From Alphaproteobacteria bacterium (GTDB lineage Bacteria > Pseudomonadota > Alphaproteobacteria > UBA7887), in the NCBI GenBank assembly GCA_965216755.1, contig CBDCGL010000011.1, positions 4,640,001 through 4,704,000 on the forward strand: a stretch of DNA of 64,000 nucleotides. Direction: 5' to 3'. Made by a program: the position numbers and the translations under genes. Position 1 is the first letter of the stretch. Each line of letters opens with the position of its first letter. Positions 9,251 through 19,029 of this stretch are shown in pieces. The notes below the pieces were generated by a model that searched no databases, was not told the DNA's origin, and saw only the letters and a list, made by a program, of their open reading frames with translations.

Positions 9251-11227
9251 ATGAACAGAGGATCGCAAAAGCTCGCCGGTGTCGCGCTCATCTTGGCGGT
9301 GGTCGCATTCGTCGCGTTGAATGTGTTGTCGAACACGATTTTCAGCAGCGCGCGTGTCGATCTCACGGAAGAAGGCTTGTACACGTTGTCCGACGGATCC
9401 AAGTCCGTTCTTGGCAAACTATCGGAGCCCATCCTCTTGCAGTTCTTTTTCACGGAGGATTTGGCGACGGAGTTCACCAGCATCCGTGAGTACGCCATGC
9501 GCGTGCGCGATCTGTTGGAAGAGTACGTGGCGTCCTCCAATGGCATGTTGCGGATGGAAGTGATCAATCCCGAACCGTTTACCGACGCAGAGGACCTGGC
9601 TGTTAGCAATGGTTTGCAAGGCGTTTCGATCAGTTCTGGCGGTGAGCGTCTTTATTTCGGACTAGCGGCAACCAATACGACCGACGACCTCGAAGTGATG
9701 CCGTTCTTTCAGCAAGAACGAGAGCCATTCCTCGAGTATGACCTGACGCGCTTGATCTTGAGTTTGGACAACGCCAAAAAGCCGGTTATTGGACTGGTGA
9801 GTCATCTACCGATCAACGGCGGCATGGTCACGGATCCGCGCACGGGTCAGCCGAGCATGTCGGACCCCTGGGTTGTCATCCAACAGCTTCAACAGTTCTT
9901 CGACCTCCGCGATCTCGGGAAAGACGCGACGACGATCGATGAAGACGTCGATGTGCTGATGATCGTTCATCCGCGCGATCCGGCGCCGGAGTTCTTGTAC
10001 GCGGTTGACCAGTTTGTTCTAGCCGGTGGCAAGGCGCTGATTTTTGTCGATCCGTTTTCGGAGATTGGCGCCGCCACCGCCGAAGAACGAAATCCGATGG
10101 ATACCCAAAATTCCAACATGCAGGATGTTTTTTCGGCGTGGGGCATCGAATTGTCGCCGGGCATGATCGTGGGCGATATCGAGGCCGCGCGCATGGTCGG
10201 CATCGGTGGCGCGCAGCGACAGCAGGCCGTGCCTTACATCCCGTGGATGGAGTTGCGCGAGCAGCATTTTAACCGCGACGAAATCGTGACCAGCCAATTG
10301 GGGCGTTTGAATGTTGGCACGATCGGCAGTTTCCGTAAGCTGGAGGACGGTGCGGAAACGTCGTTCACGCCGTTGATCCAATCCGGCCCGCAGGCCATGG
10401 AGTTTGAGCGCTATTTGGTTCAGTTCCGGCCCGACCCCGAAGCTCTCTTGGAGAATTTCGTGCCGGCAAATGAACCGTTCACCTTGGCCGCGCGCGTCGC
10501 AGGAAACGTGCAAAGCGCTTTTCCTGACGGACCGCCGGGAGAAGATGGTGACAGTCGCGCGGCGGAGACGGGCGCAGGGGAAAACGGGCAAGAAGCGGCC
10601 GGCGAAGATGGCAATACCGCTGGTGCGGCCACGATACCGGATGGCCATCTTGCGGAATCGGTTGAACCGATATCTGTTTTGCTCGTGGCCGACAGTGACA
10701 TTCTGGCAAATGGACGCTGGGTCCAACTTCAAGATTTTCTTGGTCAAAGCGTCGCCATTCCAGTCGCCGACAATGGGGCCTTCGTTGTGAATGCGTTGGA
10801 GGTCTTGGCAGGTGGTAACGATCTGATCGGCCTGCGGACCAGAAGTTCCGCCGTACGCGAATTTGATGTTGTCGCCGACTTGCGACGAAACGCGGAAGCG
10901 CGCTACCGGGAAACGGAAACGCAACTGCAAGCACGTTTGCAGGAGACGGAAAGCAAACTCGCCGAGCTGCAGGGATCAGATACTGGCGATGCGATGGTGC
11001 TGACGGACGAACAGCAAGCCACCATTGAGGAATTCAGAGCCGACTTGGTTTCGACCCGGCGCCAGCTTAGGGATGTTCAATTCGCACTGCGGGAAGATAT
11101 TGAGAACCTGGGCGTTTGGTTGAAGTTTCTCAATATCGGACTCGTGCCGGTCCTTGTAGCGGGCATTGCGATCGTGGTGTCCTTGGTGCGACGCCATCGG
11201 CGCAGACGGGGTGTGGCACATGCGTGA
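9251..11227 (+). CDS. GldG-like ABC transporter auxiliary component
   Basis: RVDLTEEGLYTLSDGS, LEYDLTR, DQFVLAGGKALIFVDP. N- and C-terminal TM helices and a coiled coil. Confidence 0.88.
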   Translation: MNRGSQKLAGVALILAVVAFVALNVLSNTIFSSARVDLTEEGLYTLSDGSKSVLGKLSEPILLQFFFTEDLATEFTSIREYAMRVRDLLEEYVASSNGMLRMEVINPEPFTDAEDLAVSNGLQGVSISSGGERLYFGLAATNTTDDLEVMPFFQQEREPFLEYDLTRLILSLDNAKKPVIGLVSHLPINGGMVTDPRTGQPSMSDPWVVIQQLQQFFDLRDLGKDATTIDEDVDVLMIVHPRDPAPEFLYAVDQFVLAGGKALIFVDPFSEIGAATAEERNPMDTQNSNMQDVFSAWGIELSPGMIVGDIEAARMVGIGGAQRQQAVPYIPWMELREQHFNRDEIVTSQLGRLNVGTIGSFRKLEDGAETSFTPLIQSGPQAMEFERYLVQFRPDPEALLENFVPANEPFTLAARVAGNVQSAFPDGPPGEDGDSRAAETGAGENGQEAAGEDGNTAGAATIPDGHLAESVEPISVLLVADSDILANGRWVQLQDFLGQSVAIPVADNGAFVVNALEVLAGGNDLIGLRTRSSAVREFDVVADLRRNAEARYRETETQLQARLQETESKLAELQGSDTGDAMVLTDEQQATIEEFRADLVSTRRQLRDVQFALREDIENLGVWLKFLNIGLVPVLVAGIAIVVSLVRRHRRRRGVAHA

Positions 11228-11275
11228 TCAGTGCGCCAAGCTGGACGATATTCGACATAGACGCGTGACGAAGCG

Positions 11276-12580
11276 ATGAAGAATAAGACACTCGTGATAT
11301 TGGCGGTGATCGCGGTCATTTTTGTTGTCGGTGCAATTTTCGCTGTGCAACAACGCGACTCGGCGTCGCGGCAGCAGGTGGTTGGAGAACGTCTGTTTCC
11401 GGGGTTGGTGGATCAGGCGAATGACGTGGCCAAGCTGACGGTCTTCAGCCCAGACGGGGAATACGCCATGGTCCGCGTCGACGATGGCTGGATTTTGGAG
11501 ACGAAAGACGGATATCCGGCGAAGTTTGACAAGGTGCGCGGCGCCATACTCGCAGTGGCTGATACGGAACTGATTTCAGCCAAGACCAACGATCCTTCGC
11601 GGCATGGCGAACTTACGCTTGGGGAGCCGGACGGGGCCGACGGTGCTGGCACGCGCGTTATTCTTACCAATGCCGATGATCAGCCACTGGCATCGTTTAT
11701 TCTGGGCAAATCCGGGCGTGGGGCGAACCGACACTATGTGCGGCGTTCGGACGAAACGCAAACCTGGTTGGCGCAAAGCCGGCTGGACCTGGGCGCCGGC
11801 GCGCTTGACTGGGTTGAAAAGGTCATAACCACGATCGATCGTGATCGGGTTCACAAGGTAACGATCGACCACCCAGACGGGTCACAGGTCGTCGTCGATA
11901 AGGCCGGGCTCGCCGGCAGCACAATCGCATTGGCGGATATTCCAGAAGGCGCGACTATCAAGGACCGGGCTATCTTGGGCGGCATCGTCAGTGCGTTGAC
12001 CTACCTGGCATTTGACGATGTGGCGAATGCGGAGTCGCGTGAATTCAGCGAGACTTCTATTATCACCACGGTCAAGACGTTTGATGGCCTTAGTGTCGTC
12101 GTCGAGAGTATGCCGGTCGAGGACCAGGTCTGGATCAAGATGTCGGCACGCTTTGACGAAACTGACATTGTCGTTCCGAGTGATGTGCCGGAAGAGACGG
12201 CCGAAGAAGGCGATGCTGCGGCTGGCGAAGAGGAGCCAGTGGAATCGGCAAATGACTCCGACGAAGCCGAGACAGAGACAGCCCCTGACCAGGAAACCGA
12301 TGACGGTCCGCTTCTAAGCGCCGAAGAGGCGCAGCAAGAGGCCGACGATCTCAATGCTGTTTTTCAGGGTTGGGTTTTCGCTTTGGCCGAGCCAAAGGCT
12401 GAGCGTCTCATATCGACGATGGCCGACATCGTCGACTATCCGGAACCTGACCTGGAACTGGAAGATGGTGATTTGCCGCCACTGGAAGGTGGCGCCGATC
12501 TACCGGATAACATACCAGGACTGGAAAGCGTGCTGCCGAACGCGACCGGCGACGCAACAACGGACGGGAACAGTCCATAG
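11276..12580 (+). CDS. DUF4340-like periplasmic protein
   Basis: N-terminal TM, LFPGL...W...GYPA pattern, YVRR, acidic low-complexity inserts. Usual fourth gene of this operon type. Confidence 0.75.
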   Translation: MKNKTLVILAVIAVIFVVGAIFAVQQRDSASRQQVVGERLFPGLVDQANDVAKLTVFSPDGEYAMVRVDDGWILETKDGYPAKFDKVRGAILAVADTELISAKTNDPSRHGELTLGEPDGADGAGTRVILTNADDQPLASFILGKSGRGANRHYVRRSDETQTWLAQSRLDLGAGALDWVEKVITTIDRDRVHKVTIDHPDGSQVVVDKAGLAGSTIALADIPEGATIKDRAILGGIVSALTYLAFDDVANAESREFSETSIITTVKTFDGLSVVVESMPVEDQVWIKMSARFDETDIVVPSDVPEETAEEGDAAAGEEEPVESANDSDEAETETAPDQETDDGPLLSAEEAQQEADDLNAVFQGWVFALAEPKAERLISTMADIVDYPEPDLELEDGDLPPLEGGADLPDNIPGLESVLPNATGDATTDGNSP

Positions 12581-12590
12581 TCAAGTCCGA

Positions 12591-13472
12591 TTAGCGTTTG
12601 CTGCCAAGAATGGCACCGGTTTTTGAGCGTGGGTCACGCAGCATCCAGCGGCCTGCGTCGACGGATGCCAGAAAATCGGCGACCGATCGGTTGAACATAT
12701 CCGGCTCTTCTAAATTGATGGTGTGCCCGCTCTGCGGAATGACCAGGAGTCCCGCGCTGGGAATCGCCCGTTTCAGATAGACGTCCGCGTCAAGACACGG
12801 TTCGTCTTCGTCACCCGTAACAATCAGCGTTGGCACCGTGAGGTCGCGCAGTTGTGGCTCCAGGTCGTAGAGCGAGGGTCGCGTTTTCATATAGCCCCGC
12901 AATGTGTTGGCCGAGCCCTTTGCGGAGTGTTCGCCGAGCTGGTCGGCGAATTCCTGCCAACCGCGTGGGTCCTTGTTTTGGAACTGAACGCGTGTCGGTC
13001 CGATGGCGTAGCTCTTGGCCGCATGTTCGGCGCCATGTTCGTCGAAAGCGGCCGCCGCGGCTTCCACTTCCTCCAGGAAACGCTCGCGATTGTGCTTGTC
13101 AGCGCCGTAACCACAGCCGGCGACGACCAATGACAAAGCACGATCGGGGTGGCGCAGGCCGAAATGGAGTGTGGCGAAGCCACCCATTGAAAGGCCGACC
13201 ACATGAGCCTTGTCGATGCCGAGGTGGGTTAAAACATGACCAATGTCGTCGGCCACGATGTCTTGACCATGTTGATCAGGGTTGTCCGTGATATCCGAGG
13301 GAGGGTAGCCCCGTGCACTGTATGTGATGCAGCGGTAGCGGCGGCTGAAATAGCGAACCTGCGGCTCCCAACTTCGGTAGTCGCCAGCAAACTCATGGGC
13401 AAAGATGATGGGCGTGCCTTGCCCGGTTTCTTCATAGTAAAGCTTGATCCCGTTGGCATTGGCATAGGGCAT
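12591..13472 (-). CDS. Alpha/beta hydrolase
   Basis: HEFAGD, GLSMGG nucleophile elbow, GDEDEP, SGHTINLEEP. GGAGAGG SD upstream. Confidence 0.9.
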   Translation of the reverse strand: MPYANANGIKLYYEETGQGTPIIFAHEFAGDYRSWEPQVRYFSRRYRCITYSARGYPPSDITDNPDQHGQDIVADDIGHVLTHLGIDKAHVVGLSMGGFATLHFGLRHPDRALSLVVAGCGYGADKHNRERFLEEVEAAAAAFDEHGAEHAAKSYAIGPTRVQFQNKDPRGWQEFADQLGEHSAKGSANTLRGYMKTRPSLYDLEPQLRDLTVPTLIVTGDEDEPCLDADVYLKRAIPSAGLLVIPQSGHTINLEEPDMFNRSVADFLASVDAGRWMLRDPRSKTGAILGSKR

Positions 13473-13515
13473 GGTCGACCTCTCCACACGCGTCGTGAGC
13501 GACGATGAGCTTACA

Positions 13516-13845
13516 CCAAGACTAAAGGTGACCGACGATTTCCGACACTCGTTTGACTCATATCAGCCGTGTCGATGCCGACCGGGATCCATTGCGATTG
13601 TATTTGACGCCGGTGCCGCAAAACTCATTGTCGAGCAAGAAACGGAAGCAAGCGCGGACGCAAGAGTAGGTCGGTTCTCCAGGCTCTCGTTCAAGGTTGC
13701 GGATGCGACGGTCGCCCACGATATGTTGCGACGCCGCGGCGTGGTTCTTGCGGGGGCACCCGATCCACAATATTGGGGCGGCACTTTGGTCCATTTTGAG
13801 GATCCAGATCGCAACGTTCTCACATGGGTTCAGTACCCAAACTAA
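13516..13845 (+). pseudogene. VOC/glyoxalase family gene, N-terminally degraded
   Basis: C-terminal half is typical (LSFKVAD...QYWGGTLVHFEDPDRNVLT). The first beta-alpha unit and a plausible start are missing. Confidence 0.5.
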
Positions 13846-14858
13846 CACGTTGCCTTTTCCGCTTCGGTATAGAACGCATCGGCGTGGCAGTCCGGTCGGC
13901 GCAGCCCGCGCGCGACCAGAAGATCGATCGTGCTTTCGACCATTGCTGGCGGACCTGCGACATAAGCTTTCCACCCGGTGAGCTCGGCGTGATCGGCTGC
14001 TGCCACAGCACCGACGAGACCTGTGCGAAATTCTGTCGGACCCGCCGGCTCGGACAATACCGGTGTGAAGGCGACGTTGTCGTGCGCGGCCGCGAGTTTG
14101 GCAAAATATTCGATAAGGTAGAGATCCTGTTCTTGACGGGCGCCAAAATAGACATGAAGTGGCTGTTCCATGCCGAATGCAACGGCGGTTTCAACGATGG
14201 ATTTGATGGGGGCGAGACCCGACGAACCAGCGATGGCCAACATCGGGCCGTCGAATGAGTCGCGCAGGAACGAAACACCCAACGGGCCCTCGACACGCAC
14301 GCGATCGCCGATCTTCAGCGTATCCTTGACGTGGCCACTGACGGTGCCCTCCGCAATTTGCCGGATGTGGAATTCTATCTGACTTAGGCCGGGACGGTTG
14401 GCCATAGAAAAGTCACGCGGCGGCTGGCCATCAAAAGTTAGGCTGGCATATTGACCGGCTGAAAATGCAAATGGTTCCCCCGAGTCGATGTTCAGGCCGA
14501 TCACCCGAATATCGTGTGTCGCATCCATGACGGACGATACGGTGCAGGCGAGAACCCGATTTGGGTGTGCGACGACTTCTTCGGCATACAGGAAGGCGAC
14601 CTCGCAGTCGCTCTTTGGTTCCGCGCGACAGGCAAGGATAAGGCCGCGGTCTTTTTCTTCCGGTTTCAGGACAAAGGATGAGTGGAAGCGCAGCTTGACA
14701 TCGCCCGACAGCAATGCGGATTTGCATGCACCACAATTGCCAGAGCGGCATCCGAATGGATAGTCAAGGCCGGCGACCAAGGCCGCTTCGAGGATTGTCT
14801 GGCCGGCTTTCGTCTCGAAGGTCCGATCAAACTGGCGAACTTTGATTGTGTGTGGCAC
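13842..14858 (-). CDS. 2Fe-2S ferredoxin:NAD(P)H oxidoreductase (oxygenase reductase type)
   Basis: CRSGNCGAC...LAC ferredoxin motif, RDFS flavin motif, AGSSGLAP, YVAGPPAMV. Confidence 0.9.
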   Translation of the reverse strand: MPHTIKVRQFDRTFETKAGQTILEAALVAGLDYPFGCRSGNCGACKSALLSGDVKLRFHSSFVLKPEEKDRGLILACRAEPKSDCEVAFLYAEEVVAHPNRVLACTVSSVMDATHDIRVIGLNIDSGEPFAFSAGQYASLTFDGQPPRDFSMANRPGLSQIEFHIRQIAEGTVSGHVKDTLKIGDRVRVEGPLGVSFLRDSFDGPMLAIAGSSGLAPIKSIVETAVAFGMEQPLHVYFGARQEQDLYLIEYFAKLAAAHDNVAFTPVLSEPAGPTEFRTGLVGAVAAADHAELTGWKAYVAGPPAMVESTIDLLVARGLRRPDCHADAFYTEAEKATC

Positions 14859-14992
14859 GTTGCTGCGTCCGTGAGTTCCGAAGGGTGGGCTGTGGTCTCC
14901 GATGGACCGGGCGGACATTAGTCGTGCTGCGTCCTCGGGGTCAAACCGTACGCGCTGGCGCGCTCAGCCCACAGAAAAGTACAGAGTGCATC

Positions 14993-15691
14993 ATGACCGA
15001 ATTTGTCTTGCCGGAATGGCCACGATCCGCCGTGGCCGTTTCGGGAACCGAGAAGACTTTTGCGGTTCACCATATCTATTGCGTCGGGCGCAATTACGCT
15101 GAACATGCGCGCGAGATGGGAACTGATCCCGATCGCGAACCACCGTTCTTCTTTGCGAAGAGCGCTGATTGTGTGGTTCCGGGCGGAGGCCGTGTTGTGT
15201 ATCCGCCGCGCACCGCGGATCTTCACCACGAGATCGAGTTGGTGGTGGCGATCGAAAAAGCCGGCGCGGATATACCGCGCACCGCCGCGAAGACGTACAT
15301 TTTTGGCTACGCGGTTGGCCTGGACTTGACCCGCCGAGACTTGCAAGCCGAAGCCAAGGCCAAAGGGCGGCCCTGGGATGTTGGGAAATCATTCGCGATG
15401 GCAGCACCGATCGGTGCATTGCGTCCTGCCGCCGACATCGGACATCCCGTTGCCGGGGCGATCTGGTTTGACGTCAATGGAAAGCGCCGCCAAGCGGGGG
15501 ATTTGCGTGACATGATCTGGCGGGTCGACGAAGTGATCGCCGAATTGTCAACCTACTACACGCTCATGCCGGGCGATTTGGTTTTTACCGGGACGCCCGC
15601 CGGTGTCGATGCGCTGTCGCCGGGTGATCACGGTCATGGCCACATTGACGGTGTCGGGGACCTTACTATCGAGGTTGTTGCGGGTTCATGA
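14993..15691 (+). CDS. Fumarylacetoacetate hydrolase family protein
   Basis: YCVGRNYAEH, HHEIEL, LDLTRRDLQ, PGDLVFTGTPAGV. Confidence 0.9.
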   Translation: MTEFVLPEWPRSAVAVSGTEKTFAVHHIYCVGRNYAEHAREMGTDPDREPPFFFAKSADCVVPGGGRVVYPPRTADLHHEIELVVAIEKAGADIPRTAAKTYIFGYAVGLDLTRRDLQAEAKAKGRPWDVGKSFAMAAPIGALRPAADIGHPVAGAIWFDVNGKRRQAGDLRDMIWRVDEVIAELSTYYTLMPGDLVFTGTPAGVDALSPGDHGHGHIDGVGDLTIEVVAGS

Positions 15692-15702
15692 CATTGAAAT
15701 CC

Positions 15703-16119
15703 TCAAGACAGTGTGTCACGAAAGTCGGTCGGAATGGGCGCGGCGCGCAGACGCTCAGGATGCTCGCGGTCGCGAACACCGAGAATGCGAATTTCGAAAC
15801 CGATCGCAACTGTCTCCGCCTTGGTCACAAATCGATGCGCCATCTTGAAGGTTTTCCGTTTCCATTCCGCGACGGAGCTGCGCACGACGAAATGGTCACC
15901 ATGGCGCATCGGCGATAGGAACTGGGCGCCGGTCTCGACCAAGGGCGTGCCGAAAAAAGCGTCGAACCGTGCCCGAAGTGCCGCGTGATCAAGTCCACGT
16001 GATTCGAGAAAGGCCCAGGTGGCTTCATCCATCCAACGGTAGAAATTCGGGTAAAATACGATCGCGGCGGGATCGCAGTCGCCCCATTCGACTCGGCGGG
16101 CTAGCACATGTTCGGTCAT
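15703..16119 (-). CDS. Acyl-CoA thioesterase (4-hydroxybenzoyl-CoA thioesterase family)
   Basis: VEWGDCDPAAIVFYPNFYRWMD hotdog-fold motif. Confidence 0.88.
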   Translation of the reverse strand: MTEHVLARRVEWGDCDPAAIVFYPNFYRWMDEATWAFLESRGLDHAALRARFDAFFGTPLVETGAQFLSPMRHGDHFVVRSSVAEWKRKTFKMAHRFVTKAETVAIGFEIRILGVRDREHPERLRAAPIPTDFRDTLS

Positions 16120-16217
16120 GGTGGCATGTTTCTCCGGCTTTCGATTCGGATATCGTAGCAATATCGGATGCAGGGACCCATCGCGCATATGCGTGCACGG
16201 GAGATTGAGCAGCGGCC

Positions 16218-16670
16218 ATGAGCAAACGGTATTTGGACGATTTTGTGCCCGGCGAAACCATCATGTTGGGTCAGCGTACATTGTCGAGAGATGAGATTGT
16301 CGCCTTTGCCACTGACTTCGATCCTCAGCCTTTTCACATTGATGAGAAAGCCGCACAAGGGACGATCTATGGCGGCCTGATTGCCAGCGGTTGGCACACC
16401 GTTGCCGTATTGATGCGTATGCTGGTCGATGGCTTGCTATCCCAGTCGGCCAGTCTTGGTTCGCCGGGTGTCGACAAACTGCGCTGGCTGAAGCCTGTGC
16501 GTCCTAACGACACCCTGACGGCACGCGGTAAGGTGCGAACGGTACGGCTGTCACGGAGCAAACCGGACCGAGGGATCGTCGAAATCACCTATGAAGTGAT
16601 TAATCAGAACAATGATTTGGTCTTGACCATGGATGCGTTGGGCATGTTTGCGCGGCGCACCGGCGCATAA
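16218..16670 (+). CDS. MaoC family dehydratase
   Basis: FDPQPFHIDE, GLIASGWHT, LRWLKPVRPND. Confidence 0.88.
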   Translation: MSKRYLDDFVPGETIMLGQRTLSRDEIVAFATDFDPQPFHIDEKAAQGTIYGGLIASGWHTVAVLMRMLVDGLLSQSASLGSPGVDKLRWLKPVRPNDTLTARGKVRTVRLSRSKPDRGIVEITYEVINQNNDLVLTMDALGMFARRTGA

Positions 16671-16690
16671 GGCCGGGCAGAAAGCGGTGA

Positions 16691-17353
16691 TCAATCTCGA
16701 ACTGGGTCGACTGCAAGTTGATCCGGGCGCAGCGCGCGACTGACACCGATCATACTGTCGCGTGTCACCAATTGTGCCAAACGGTCTTCCGCCCACCCAT
16801 TGGTACCGTCGGGGCGTTCAGGCAATACCAGATACCGCATGTCCGCTGTCGAATCGTGAACTCGGACGGCGACCGAATCCGGTATGTCCGTGCCGAACTC
16901 TCGCAGCAGAGCACGCGGTTCCCGCACTGCGCGCGCGCGATAATTGCGGCTCTTATACCAATCCGGCGGCAAGCCCAATATGGCACGCGGATAACAGGAA
17001 CATAGTGTGCAAACGATCAAATTATGTGTGCTTTCGGTGTTCTCGACGACCACCAGTTTTGTCCCGTCGACCGCAATATCCAACGCCTCGACGGCGGCGC
17101 TGCCGTCAGAGAGCAGGTGTTGCTTATAGGATGAATTAGTCCAGGCTCTGGCAACGACGCGCGCGCCTTGTGCTGGTGAGCGCGCGTCCATGCGCTCGAT
17201 CTGGCGGCGCAACTCGTCGCCGGTTATGACGCCCTTTTCGAGCAGCAATTCGCGTACCGCTTGCTCTAGCATCTGGTACTCGCCGCGGGGTTCGTCGTCT
17301 TGGATTGGTGCGTGGTCATCGTTATGACCAGGGGATGTCGGTTCGCGACTCAT
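16691..17353 (-). CDS. Cobalt-type nitrile hydratase alpha / thiocyanate hydrolase gamma-like subunit
   Basis: VCTLCSCYP Co-type metal motif, GARVVARAW, VHDSTADMRYLVLPERP. Confidence 0.92.
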   Translation of the reverse strand: MSREPTSPGHNDDHAPIQDDEPRGEYQMLEQAVRELLLEKGVITGDELRRQIERMDARSPAQGARVVARAWTNSSYKQHLLSDGSAAVEALDIAVDGTKLVVVENTESTHNLIVCTLCSCYPRAILGLPPDWYKSRNYRARAVREPRALLREFGTDIPDSVAVRVHDSTADMRYLVLPERPDGTNGWAEDRLAQLVTRDSMIGVSRALRPDQLAVDPVRD

Positions 17354-17646
17354 GGCCTCGGGCCTCCTGGTTCAAGCCAATGTTCATAGATTTCGATATC
17401 CACTGTGTCCATATCGGCGCCGCCATGGTCGGGCCAAATGGTAGATTGGTCGAAACGGACTCGATAGAGCGGCTGCTTCGGGCGACCATCGCCGCCATAG
17501 GCGAGAGTTTCAGGATTGCCAAAAGTGCCACAGATACGCTCGACCACGCCCGTGTGGCCGCGAATGTAGTAGGGGGTGCGCACATGGCCGGTATGTTCAC
17601 GGCTGCTGACGATGACCGTGTCGCCGACTGAAAACTTCGCGACCAT
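17350..17646 (-). CDS. Nitrile hydratase beta C-terminal SH3-like subunit (SCNase alpha-like)
   Basis: GHVRTPYYIRGHTG, LYRVRF, IEIYEHWLEP. ATGA overlap with the downstream gene. Confidence 0.88.
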   Translation of the reverse strand: MVAKFSVGDTVIVSSREHTGHVRTPYYIRGHTGVVERICGTFGNPETLAYGGDGRPKQPLYRVRFDQSTIWPDHGGADMDTVDIEIYEHWLEPGGPRP

Positions 17647-17957
17647 TAGCCGGACGTCTCCCGCTGCCGGATGTCAGCGATGCGTCTATCCAACTCGTCT
17701 TGGTCGATGACGCCTTTTTCGACCAGGATTTTGGCGATCGACGCAATCCAGCGCTCATAGTAGGACAACGTATTGTAGGCGTCCGGATCGAGGGACTCGA
17801 TGCCCCGGCGCAATTCATCCACCCGCATGAGACGTTTTTCTTGTGCCAGCAGCGACAGGATCGCATCGACCCTCTTCTCCCAGGGCGCGTATTCATACTC
17901 AGACTTGTCGACAGGGCCGGCCGGTAATCCGCCCAAATCGTGTACGCCACGGCTCAA
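17646..17957 (-). CDS. Nitrile hydratase beta N-terminal subunit (SCNase beta-like)
   Basis: VHDLGG, PWEKR, DELRRGIE, SYYERW. TTG start after GGAGGG, TAATG coupling to the next gene. Confidence 0.88.
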   Translation of the reverse strand: MSRGVHDLGGLPAGPVDKSEYEYAPWEKRVDAILSLLAQEKRLMRVDELRRGIESLDPDAYNTLSYYERWIASIAKILVEKGVIDQDELDRRIADIRQRETSG

Positions 17958-17996
17958 GATTTATCCCTCCCCACTATGTCAAATCCAGCGCAGATC

Positions 17997-18884
17997 TCAC
18001 GACAAGCGATCAACAAATTCGGCAACCGCGGCGCCAATCTCATCGGGCGAATCCTCCTGGATAAAGTGAGTTCCTTTGACGGTCACCTCCGTCTGATTTG
18101 GCCACGATCGACAAAATTCACGCTGCGGTCCGACTAAAATGATACCCGGATTGGCATTGACGAACAATTTGGGCATGTCGTTCGATGCGAGCCATTCACT
18201 ATAGTCGCTCGCGATGGCAACCACATCCTCAGGTTCGCCGCCAACCGGGATCTGACGTGGCCATGTCAAGGTCGGTCGCCGGGATTCGCCAGGTTCCAGA
18301 TACGGTCTACGATAGACCGTCATCTCCGCTTCAGTGAGACCGCGCATGACGGCACCGGGGAGCAAGCGTTCGACAAATAGGTTCTTCTGCAAGACCATTT
18401 CCTCGCCGGCCGGACTGCGCAGGGCCCGGAACATGTCGCGGATGCTGTCCGGCCACTCATCCCAGGTCACCGGGCGAGCCAGAGCCTCCATGTAGGCGAT
18501 GGCTGCCACGCGGTTGGGGTTGCGTCGCGCCCAGTCAAAACCAAGCGCGGATCCCCAGTCGTGGACGACGAGCACAGCACCGCGCAGATCCAGGGCATCG
18601 AACCAGGCATCGAGAAAGCGGCGGTGATCGACAAATCGATAATCCCCGTCGGGGGCCTTTCCGGAGTCTCCCATGCCGATCAAATCGGGTGCGAGGCAGC
18701 GGCCCTTGCCCTCCAGATGCGGAATGACATTGCGCCACAGATACGACGATGTGGGATTGCCATGTAGGAATACGATCGGCCGCCCGTCCTCTATCCCGGT
18801 GTCGACATATGACATATCGCTGTCAAGGACGGCCAAGCGCTTCCGCGGATGCGGATCCAAGTGGGACGCATTGCTGTCAGTCAT
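17997..18884 (-). CDS. Haloalkane dehalogenase
   Basis: [23 protein letters not shown] (Asp nucleophile), YMEA acid, HFIQEDSP base. LinB/DhaA-like. Confidence 0.92.
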   Translation of the reverse strand: MTDSNASHLDPHPRKRLAVLDSDMSYVDTGIEDGRPIVFLHGNPTSSYLWRNVIPHLEGKGRCLAPDLIGMGDSGKAPDGDYRFVDHRRFLDAWFDALDLRGAVLVVHDWGSALGFDWARRNPNRVAAIAYMEALARPVTWDEWPDSIRDMFRALRSPAGEEMVLQKNLFVERLLPGAVMRGLTEAEMTVYRRPYLEPGESRRPTLTWPRQIPVGGEPEDVVAIASDYSEWLASNDMPKLFVNANPGIILVGPQREFCRSWPNQTEVTVKGTHFIQEDSPDEIGAAVAEFVDRLS

Positions 18885-19029
18885 TTCCGTCGTACCTCGT
18901 TGCCCAATTCATATGGGGACATTGTTCCCGAGCCGATGACCAGTTAAGGTCAGCACCTTGTCGACGACCAAGGCTCGCGCAGGTGGGCTTATTGGTCAAG
19001 TGTCCCAACAGCTGTCAATGGATCGGGAA

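Noticed and set aside
10019-10930. 303-aa antisense ORF, and similar long shadows at 7396-8184, 22558-23370, 43125-43877, 44311-45123 and 62116-63033
   Set aside because: They lie antisense to well-supported genes in GC-rich DNA and carry no motifs.
12170-12580. Acidic repetitive stretch in the DUF4340 gene as a tandem repeat
   Set aside because: Low-complexity protein linker with no exact nucleotide repeat unit.
17350-17957. Split NHase beta as a frameshift artefact or pseudogene
   Set aside because: The break falls at the natural domain boundary with TAATG coupling and the linker absent, matching the SCNase-type architecture.
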